Shown piece after piece: positions 22,455 through 32,000 of a DNA stretch of 32,000 nucleotides. The translations under genes were made by a program, and so were the position numbers. The stretch covers positions 270,001 through 302,000 of the forward strand of contig NW_008806276.1 in the NCBI RefSeq assembly GCF_000400465.1, in the 5' to 3' direction. Origin of the DNA: Wallemia ichthyophaga EXF-994 (lineage: Eukaryota; Fungi; Basidiomycota). The notes under the pieces are model-generated. The model was not told the origin of the DNA. It searched no databases and saw only the letters and a program-made list of their open reading frames with translations. Every line of letters begins with the position of its first letter. The first letter of the stretch is position 1.

Positions 22455-25378
22455 ATGTCAAACAGACCTTACGCAGATCCATTCAATGAGAGGAATCCAA
22501 TTAACCACGCTGAAGTACCGCCTCAAAGAATTCCACTAAGCGAGGAACAGTTCAGCCCCTCTTTTCCTTCGTCTTCATCGGTGAACCTCAACGGTGGCCA
22601 AGCAACGCCTTACGATTACCCGCCATCATCATTCTCTCACTCTAATTTAGGCGCATATCCCCCTTCAAATCCAGGTGAGTTTGCGCGTATTGCTGTCAAT
22701 TTGATAGCCCTAATCACAGCCTAGACGAGGACTCTGAAGCTAAAATGCCATTAACGGCTGACAACAGAATACAAACGTATGCTCCAGCTGGGTGAGTGAA
22801 ATTTATGTGTTTTTTGGATCACCGACTGACGTTTGCACAGCTTTGATCCGAGAACATACGGTGACCCATACAACAGCCCATACGAGGAGCCTGCTACAAA
22901 CGCAATGTCCGCTGAGGCTGATTGGCGTCGCAGGCAAACTATTAAAAGAGACAGAGCTAAAACTGTCAAAGTTAAGCTTACAAAGGGTCATTTCATTCAC
23001 GAGTTCCCAGTCCCAACAGCTGTAAAGAACGCTTTGGAGCCCGTCTACAGGGATTTCACCCACACTAGAGAGTTCTCCCACCTAAGATACACGGCAGCTA
23101 CTTGCGACCCTGATGACTTCACCACAGAGAATGGCTGGTCTTTGAGAGCTTCCAATTACGGCAGACATACTGAACTGCTCATCGTTATCACTTCGTACAA
23201 CGAAGACAAGATCCTTTACGCTCGTTCTCTTCATGCAGTTATGCTCAACGTGAGAGATATCTGCAAAACTCGTCAATCAAAGTATTGGAGATCAGCTGGC
23301 CTTGAAGGTGGTCAACCTGGTTGGCAAAGAATTGTCGTCGCCCTTATCACGGATGGTTTAGAACCCATGGATAAAACTGTCCTCGATTTATTAGCAACTA
23401 TTGGTGTTTACCAAGATGGTGTCATGAAGAAGGAAATTGATGACAAACAAACTGAAGCCCATATTTTTGAGTACACTACGCAACTCTCCGTCGACACCAC
23501 TCCTCAACTTATCGTTCCTCACGGTGATGATCCTAACAACCTTGTTCCAGTTCAAATCATCTTGGTCGCAAAGGCTAAGAACCAGAAGAAGATCAATTCA
23601 CACAGATGGTTGTTTAACGCTATTGGTAGAATGCTACAACCTGAAGTTTGTATTCTTCTTGATGCTGGTACCAAGCCATACAAGAAATCTCTCTACTATA
23701 TATGGGAGGCTTTCTACAACAACAAGAACTTGGGTGGTGCTTGTGGTGAAATCTATGCTCAATTGAAAGGTGGTAAGAAGCTCATAAACCCTCTTGTCGC
23801 TGCTCAAAATTTCGAATACAAGATTTCAAACATCCTCGATAAGCCACTTGAATCTGCTTTCGGTTATGTCTCTGTCTTGCCAGGTGCTTTCTCTGCTTAT
23901 AGATATAGAGCTATTCAAGACAGACCACTCGAGCAATATTTCCACGGTGATCACTCTATGGCTGAGAGACTCGGTAACAAAGGTATTAACGGTATGAATA
24001 TCTTTACAAAGAACATGTTCTTAGCTGAAGATCGTATTCTTTGCTTCGAATTGGTTGCCAAAGAAAATGCAAGATGGACATTGTCATACGTTAAGTCATC
24101 TAAAGCTGAGACTGATGTTCCAGAAGAAGGTCCAGAATTGATCTCCCAAAGAAGAAGATGGTTGAACGGTTCATTTGCCGCATCCGTTTACGCTATTGCA
24201 AACTTCTTCAGGTTATATAGGTCATCACACGGTATCGTCAGGATGTTCTTCTTGCACGTCCAATTGATTTTCAACACCATTAACTTGATGTTCTCTTGGT
24301 TCTCTATTAGTTGTCTATGGCTCACTTTCTCCATCGTTATTACCCTGTTATCAAAGCAAGGTACCGGTGATACGCCAATCTATTCATTCGGTACCCCAGT
24401 TGTCACGTATTGGTTTAACAGGTCATTTCAATGGATCTGGGCTTTCATAGTTATTTGTCAATTTGTGTTGGCATTGGGTAATAAGCCTAAAGCGGAGCGA
24501 ACATTCTACAACATTTCCTTCTTGTGGGTTTGGTTTGATTTAAGATAGTATTGGTCTAACAGTTTAATTTTAACAGCGTCTTCGGTATTCTTGGTCTTTA
24601 TCTCATTTATTCAGCTATTTTCCTTACAGTCAAAGCATTCATTAACATGAAAGTTGAAGGTACGAATGCTTGGGAAAGATTAGCATACGTTTTGGAATCG
24701 GAGAACTCTGTTTTGATTGCAGCTTTGGCAGCTACTTTCGGTATCTACTTTTTGGCATCGTTCCTCTTCTTAGATCCATGGCACATGTTTACTTCATTCC
24801 CTCAATACTTGTTGATGGCACCTTCGTTTATTAACGTCCTCAACGTCTACGCTTTCTGTAATCTTCATGATGTCAGTTGGGGTACGAAAGGTTCGGATAA
24901 AGATGACGCTTTACCTGCCGTCAAATCCAAGAAGGAGAAGGGTGGTGAAGCAACAGCTGAAACTAACGTTATGAAACAGAAGGATATTGATGGTGCATTT
25001 CAAGAAACGGTCAAGAGAACAGTCGCTACGAAGATTAAGGAGAAATCAGAGCCAGAAAAGCCATCAAGTGATGATGAGAACAAGGCTTTCAGATCTAGAT
25101 TGGTCTTGTTCTGGTTGCTTTGCAATATGATTGTCGTCATCGTCGTTCAAAGCGCAGATGGTTTATCACCAACAGTACCACAATTATCAGCATCCGATGC
25201 AGAAAGAGAGCAGTTTATAAAGGATTCTAGAGGATATAGCCAATGGTTGACACACAAGCAATCAATGTTTTTCAAAGTTATTCTGTGGACTACATTCGGT
25301 ATAACTGCATTTAAATTCGTTGGTGCACTTTACTTTTGGATTAAAACCAATGCTTTCAGATGCTGTCGCAAGAACTAA
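22455..25378 (+). CDS. chs: Chitin synthase (division 1, class III-like), about 923 aa, introns 22675-22724, 22792-22840, 24524-24576
   Basis: [97 protein letters not shown]. The class assignment is an inference. Confidence 0.96.
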
Positions 25379-25589
25379 ATTGAATCAATCTCCAGCTAAA
25401 CTGATATATACCATCAATTCAAAGTAGTAAATTTCACCTATTGGCAATAGTACAAATTTCAAACCAATCCATAAACACAATTAAATCAATTTATCCATTG
25501 TTTCCACTCTTGAACCTGTCTCATTCGTATTTGAAATTCATTATGAACAATTTTATCAAGTTTATTTAAATTGAAATAAATAGAATATT

Positions 25590-26910
25590 TTACTTGCAAC
25601 GCATACTGACTATTGGATTACCGAACTCTCTCCATTCATCTTGAGATATCCACAGTTGATGGAATGTACCTAAACTACCCAACATAGAGCCGCCCAACCA
25701 TGAAGCAAATTTTCTCTCAACAGTGTTGGCAGGTGAGTGCACTTTAACTCTTGTATTGCTCAATACAGCGTATAATTCATTCTGTATTCTCTCGCTTAAT
25801 CCAGGCGTTGCGCTGACACCACCGACAATGATAATGTTTGATAACAAATGATGGCGACTGTCTGTTTCAGCTGCTTGAATGGACTCTTTGATTAGTTCAG
25901 GTAGGGGTTTTGGATATGAACAATTTATTGAGGCAGGTTCAAAAGTGTTTGGAGTGTGTGGTAGGGGATTGAAGGGGATTGGATTGATCAGTATCTCGTT
26001 AGCTACGAATCGACAAAGTTGATAGTTGTCAGCGAAACCATTAGGGAATTCGTAAGATTTGATAGGACGTTGCATTAAGGCTCCATGATCCCAACCGTTC
26101 TCACTTATAGCAGACGTAGACTCTCTCCAATCTTTGAGTATCTTTGATTTTGACCAGTTCATCCAGCTTTCAGATGGGTTGATATCACTTCTAGTAGTGA
26201 ATTGAGGATTTTTACCAGGTTCAACTGTTGTCTTTGATTCGATCAGTTGGTGAGGGATGAGGTTGGTATTTAGATTGCTTCTTTGAGTTGGATCCAAGCT
26301 ATTGAGGTAATTGTTTGTGATTTGTGTACCGCCGATATTATTCCTAACAACGCCCTTCCTCAGGACAAATCCATCGACTATTGGAGTAACGGATGTTGAT
26401 TCAGCACCGATATCGATAATCAAAGCGGTTGATTTGCCTGCAGCGAATGCAGAGAGGACAGAGTCATTTGCTATGTAAAATCCAGGTACGTTGAACTTAT
26501 CGAAAGCAATTTCAGCGATTTTTTCCCGATGTTTCTGAGTATTCCAAGCAGGTTCGGTGAATAAGAGTGGATGGTCTTCCGTGTTAACGCGTAAGCAATG
26601 CGTGAAGGTGTGTTCGAGGAGTTCTGTGAACTTATCAAAGTCATCGACTAAGCTATCCTTCATTGTGTTATCAACTTGATAACCATCTCTATAGACATCA
26701 GGACCGTTATCACCGAAGAAAGTCTTTTCCTGATTATGGGTGTAATGTGTTGGTATAACTACTTTTGGTGCGTCTTCACCTGCGTAACCTGCACAGAGCG
26801 TCGTTGAGCCAGCGGAAACGACAAGAGCGCTAACTTCGTCTGTATATAGCTTTAGTTTATTGTATTAAGTAAATCCAACCAAAAATCCCACCTGCACCGT
26901 AAATGACCAT
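25590..26910 (-). CDS. ARP4: Nuclear actin-related protein Arp4 (NuA4/INO80/SWR1), about 422 aa, intron 26840-26891
   Basis: MVIYGA|DEVSALVV..GS...AGYAGEDAPK, HPLLFTEPAWN, AFAAGKSTALIIDIG, ERKFASWLGGSMLGSLGTFHQLWISQDEW. Confidence 0.9.
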
Positions 26911-27318
26911 GATGACAGTAAGAGTAAACAATCCAGTTAAAGAGTGAGGATAGGTAAGGGTACATGATAAAATACATTTATTTATTTAATTACTTTTGAT
27001 GTGGTATTTGAATCAGTAATCTTACGTGTCAGCAACTTGTCGGTTTTATTTGAGGCTTGTACACCTAAGTACTCTTCTCTTGGTCATTTTGAGTGTCTAG
27101 GAAGTGGAAAAGTACGATAGCCAGCATTGTGATGATTCCTAGCGTGTTGGCCAACTGTGCGAGCGTGATGTCTGTTATCCTGTAAACCAATTACTCAGAA
27201 TCCAATGTAAATCAACAGTGGTACAAACATTTTAATAGTCTAAGCTTATATCGGCTATAACGGATGTTAGAATTGAAGAAGTTCTTCGGCTTTAACTATC
27301 AACTCTTGCTAATTGGAA

Positions 27319-27923
27319 ATGGACAAAGAAATAATCAAGCAATCTTTAGGCGTGCATCCTGGTTTCCCAAAGCCTGGAATCACCTTCTTGGATATATTCC
27401 CTTTGCTCGCGGACCCGCTAAAGTTTGAAATACTCATCACCCACTTAATGTCACATATCACATCTCATACGATCCCTCAACTTGGCAAGGGCGGTAAAGT
27501 AGACGCCGTCGTTGGATTAGATGCAAGAGGTTTCTTGTTGGGTCCAATTCTTGCCATGAGATTGGGTGCTGCGTTCGTCCCTGTGAGGAAAGGCGGAAAA
27601 TTGCCTGGACAGTGCAGCAAAGTGGAGTACACATTAGAGTATGGCAAAGACATCTTTGAAATGCAACAAGGCACTATAAAGCCTGGCCAGAATGTGATCG
27701 TTATCGATGATCTTATCGCGACTGGTGAGTACTAGAGCAGAAAATATAACCGCATTCGGTTAAAATCAGTGTTTCAGGTGGATCTGCAACCGCAGCAGGA
27801 CAATTAATTAAGCAAGCTGGTGGTACAACTCTTGAATATTTGTTCATTGTCGCCCTTCCTTTCCTCAAAGGACTCGAGAAGCTCGATGCTCCTGCGTACT
27901 TCATTGTTGAAGGCGAGGATTAA
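27319..27923 (+). CDS. APT1: Adenine phosphoribosyltransferase, 183 aa, intron 27725-27777
   Basis: FPKPGITFLDIFPLL, VGLDARGFLLGP, RKGGKLPG, YTLEYG, PRPP-binding loop VIVIDDLIAT|GGSA. Confidence 0.96.
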
Positions 27924-28098
27924 TATTTTGTAAATAATTATAGAAATAGAATACTTTACTATCAAAATTTTAAATTAAAGTCCGCAACTGCCAAGCGTAT
28001 TTGCGTATCGCTTAGAGAATGGGGTGGATATGGAGTGTTTGACAAGGCCACTCACCTTCCAAAACTGGGAAGGCTTAATTTAACTTTCAATAACAACG

Positions 28099-28738
28099 AT
28101 GAGGAAGTATTTGGTTGTATTACTCCTGCTTGTTGCTCTCTGCTCAAGCGCACCGCTTAGCGTATTCCATCGCCATCACCGACACTCGAACTCGAAAATT
28201 GGCTCAATACGTCCTACAAAATATACTTCTACAATACCGAACATCGTAAAACGTATTAATGACACAACCTCCAAATCCCAGGCCTTGCGAAGATCAACGT
28301 CTTCTATACGGTCCAGCACAGGAAAAGCGGGCCTTGACCGCATTGCACCGGGATTGGACGTGTTACGAGTGGAGATAACAAACATAATAAAGGAATTGAA
28401 TGGCTTTGAACCTGTTGAGGATGATGCCGCTGCATGGACTGTACTTAATCACCTCAATAAAATGGCAATAGCCCACGAGTCTATGTTAGACACACTTACA
28501 ACAAACCACAGACTCGTTATAAAGCTTGGATGGCATTCAGATACGTATAGGACTCTACTCACCCTAGACAATACTTGGAGGGTGCGTCTTATTATCTCCA
28601 CAGCGTATTGAGCTTATCAAATTGCAGGATTTCTTCCCGTCATTATCAACAGCTCTCCCAAACCACATTGAACACGTTGGGCTCGTTGAAATTAGATCTC
28701 TTAACGCTTTGGATAGGGCGTTGAAGTCTTTCTATTAG
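28099..28738 (+). CDS. Secreted helical protein, HsbA/cell-wall-mannoprotein-like, about 197 aa, intron 28582-28627
   Basis: Signal peptide MRKYLVVLLLLVALCSSA, basic His-rich segment ending in KR. The spliced C-terminus (..LGWHSDTYRTLLTLDNTWR|DFFPSLSTALP...SLNALDRALKSFY*) has HsbA-like amphipathic periodicity. The family call is by eye only. Confidence 0.55.
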
Positions 28739-28978
28739 TTTATGTACAAATATAAAGTTACTCGTTCTTTTTCTCATTAAGCGGTTCTCTTAAACATACT
28801 GGCTTCCACAGATTTGCAACATTGTTTGTATCTTATATAGCTGTAAAATTTTCAGACGACGCAGCGGCTAGCACTCGACTGTAAATCTGCACCAAGCTAT
28901 ACACTGCTGATGATACCACGCGTGCTTTGAGGCATCTTGAGCAACCTTATCCCCCTCTAACCTCAACCACCAACGACT

Positions 28979-31453
28979 ATGAACAAACTCCAGGCTGAGA
29001 CGAGGCATCTCGCCAAGACTCTCAGGCTCAATGAAAAGAGATTGGCTGGTCAGAGAATTTCCCAAGAGCTTGGCTCGTTCAGCTCACAGGATATCGCTCA
29101 ATTGTACAAACAGCTAATGGCACCAAATTCTGAGGTAGATGACAGCAATTTACATAAATTAATGAACATAAGAAAGTCTCTCGTTCATCAGCTCAAATCT
29201 GAATTGTCGTCAACGCCTGCTATCGATTCACAATTGGCAAACCGACTGAGAAGAATCTGGTTGAACAAGCAGAAATCCTCTCTGCCAGTTAGATCTTCCA
29301 CTAGAGTTAAATCCAGGGAATCCGCTATACACCATGTCGAAGAAATCGATGCCATTACCCGTCAGTCTAAGGGAATTCAGCTATCTCAACACCAACGCGG
29401 TCTTCTTCTTAATCGTTTCAGCGAAGCCATTGAGGCATCTGGTATAGGCGCTAGCTCAATTTCCAAAGACAATGTTGTCCCAATTCTCCAAGTAGCAAAT
29501 GAGGGAGAGTGGCACACAATCATCACTTCAGCTGTAAGTTTCACCCTCTTTCTAACTCCCTTTCTAACACTGTAAAGGCCCATCAAGTAGACATTGATCA
29601 CATCAAGCAGACAATTGCTCTTCTTGAACGAACACAGCAACTTTCAGCGGACATGTACACTGACACTCTTTCCATCCTCGCCAAACACGGGGCACTCCAT
29701 CAAGTTGCCGAAGTGATAGACTACTCGAAACATCTGATCAAACCTAGTGAAAAATCATATGGTGCTTTGGTGGATGCGCACACTTCTCGATCTGACTTGA
29801 CAAATGCCTGGAACATGTTGTCGTCTTTGGAGAGTCGTGGAATGATAGTACCTCAATCAACCTACACCAACCTCATCAAAGGGCACTTACTAAGCAAGCA
29901 GCCATCCAAAATTAAGGAGAGAGGGTGGAATCTCTTCGTGCATTCCAGATTGATGGCACACCCTACACCATCGATATCACTATACAACACAATGATAACG
30001 GCTTGTGCGGAGGGAGTCGAGCCGGAGATAGAGCGTGCTCTTGATCTGTACAAGGAGATGAAGGAGTATAGCCTCCCTCTTGATCAAACTGTTTACGCAT
30101 CACTCATCCACACACTCGCCAAAGGTCATCGCAGAGGAACTGCAAGTGAAATTGACAGATTGTTTAATGAGATGTTGGACACAGGTATCCAACCAACCCA
30201 TCTAATCTTCGCTGCGTTGATGGAATTGGCGAAAAGGACCGGAGACGTTGGGAGAGCGAGACACGTGTTTGCAAATTGGATGAGAAGCGGCTACCCTATC
30301 ACCAGCCAGGATGTTGCAAGGTTTTTTTATGCATACGCTGCTGCCCAAACACCTCAATTAAACTATAAAAAACCTCTCAACGATGAAACTGAGGTCGAGA
30401 CTTCAGATAGAGTGGATGTAGACAAGACGGAGCATTATGATCCCCACTCATTTACTCCAGAGTCGATACCACAATTTCCCCACGAGTTGATGGCAGAATC
30501 TGATATGATATTCAACAGGATACTCGCCGACAAAGGTCATAGCTTGGCTGTTGATGGTTTGATTCTCGCTCAGAAGGAGCCAGAAAACCACGCTAATGAG
30601 AATTTCAAACCTTTTGAAAATGTCAATCTCAATAGTCGCTTAGTCAACTCTTACCTCAGCATACGGCTTAACCATTCCAAATATAATCCTGCAGAACTAA
30701 TAGAGTTTGTCAAGAGACTGTCAATAAAATTGGATGTATCTAGAAATGGTCACAACATGTTCATGTTGCTCGAGTATATTTACAAGCATCACAAGGAAGC
30801 TGCTCATCTCGCTGATGGCTTGTTTGAAGAGTACGTGGAGTACGTGGAGAGCATAACACCCGTAATCATGGATGAAAGCAAAGTGGTAGCTCAGCAGTCT
30901 TCCTCTATTGAAGCTGGCTTGGCGCAGAAGCGTAAGATGGAAGATGATAATGGTGTTGACGAGAAGACCATTTCGAGAACATGGTCGACATACCTCAATA
31001 ATTTAGCTCGGTAAGCTTTTCTGTCGCTCTGTTGACCAACCTGACAACGTAATTAGATCTAATCGGCTCTCTGAAGCTGTAGAAGTGCTGTCGAACTTCG
31101 TCAAAAAATATCCACCCACCTCCGTTACGTCTAACATGAGATCACTTACGGATTCCAAACCAACAGCAATCAAAATAAGCAAAGAAATTAAACCGGATTT
31201 AGCACCACATCTCGTATTCGCTAGATTGAGACCATTGCATGAGAAGCTCGCCACACTTGTCAAGATAGAAGACGAGGCCGGTGTTGAAAGTAAGCTGTCT
31301 GTGCATAAATCCGCTAAGCAGGCACTCGGATTCTTTTCTTGGGCGCTTAAAGCGTATGACGGTGTCTATCGCTCGCATGTCAACCGACAACTCAAAGAAA
31401 TGGACAGGATGGGGCCGCGTTTCGATAGCTTAGACAGGCAACTTATAGAATAA
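28979..31453 (+). CDS. Pentatricopeptide-repeat (PPR) protein, probably mitochondrial, about 794 aa, introns 29534-29577 and 31011-31056
   Basis: Repeats such as SYGALVDAH..AWNMLSSLESRG, LYNTMITACA..ALDLYKEMKEY, VYASLIHTLA..LFNEMLDTG; both introns restore the frame across three ORFs. Confidence 0.88.
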
Positions 31454-31560
31454 AACGCATTCGCATTTTATTTATTATTAATTTAACAATTCATTCACAC
31501 CTTGCATACCAAACAGACTTTGAAAATGAATCATCACTCATTATGGCCGTATGCAACTAA

Positions 31561-31720
31561 TTAATGCCAGTCTGCTACAGTGTTTATTGTAGGCAACTTG
31601 ATGAGTTCATTGAAATACTGCTGTTGCTGTATACCTTCCTCCGTTTGTTTGCCGAGACGACCATCGTAGTGATAAAAAGAGCAAGTAGACGACTTAAATG
31701 AATGTATCTGATACCGTGAT
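31561..31720 (-). CDS. Possible last exon of a gene entering from beyond the window end
   Basis: After a CTAAC..TATCAG acceptor-like signal one frame reads ...YHYDGRLGKQTEEGIQQQQYFNELIKLPTINTVADWH*. Upstream exons could not be assembled confidently. Confidence 0.2.
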
Positions 31721-32000
31721 GGTTAGCGTAAGCGAATTTAACAGATTTTGCCTATCATCGCACAAAGACCCTATTTGCAACTCGACTGAAGATCACTGAG
31801 AACCTCAGGATGATGTAATGAGATATCAGGAAAAATTGACTTTTCAGTCTAGTATCTTAAGCATTACTTGAAAGTAAACAATCGCCGATTTAATTAAATC
31901 AGCTCAAGGCACCCTGAAAATGACCAAGTAATCGAGAAGACGAACGCAGAGATAACAAGTACAAGTACTGGCAAGATAAACAAATATCAAGACTACAATT

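Noticed and set aside
27129-27240. Box C-like GTGATGA in the ARP4/APT1 spacer (possible C/D snoRNA)
   Set aside because: No downstream CTGA box D or terminal stem found.

Overview
Gene-dense eukaryotic DNA from a fungus with a very compact genome: 43-63 nt GT-AG introns with CTAAC/CTGAC-type branch points and intergenic gaps often under 100 bp. Protein sequences look basidiomycete; a Wallemia-like organism is my inference, not something I could verify. About 20 protein genes can be reconstructed by hand-splicing the ORF track: NDUFA13, a small putative mitochondrial protein, a basic orphan, CDC16/APC6, a minimal C2H2 zinc-finger gene overlapping a His-rich orphan ORF, RIX7, a GSK3-family kinase, a SAM methyltransferase, SEC18/NSF, a STIMATE/vacuolar membrane protein, PRO3, an F-box protein, two divergent Fringe-like GT31 paralogues, a chitin synthase, ARP4, APT1, a secreted HsbA-like protein and a PPR protein. 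I saw no tRNA, rRNA, transposon or CRISPR. The most unusual features are: (i) divergent gene pairs with almost no promoter space (563-871/891-1601; CDC16/zinc finger at one CATG), (ii) the zinc-finger + overlapping ORF cassette, and (iii) a GT31 pair beside a chitin synthase. All splice models are manual and need transcript support.
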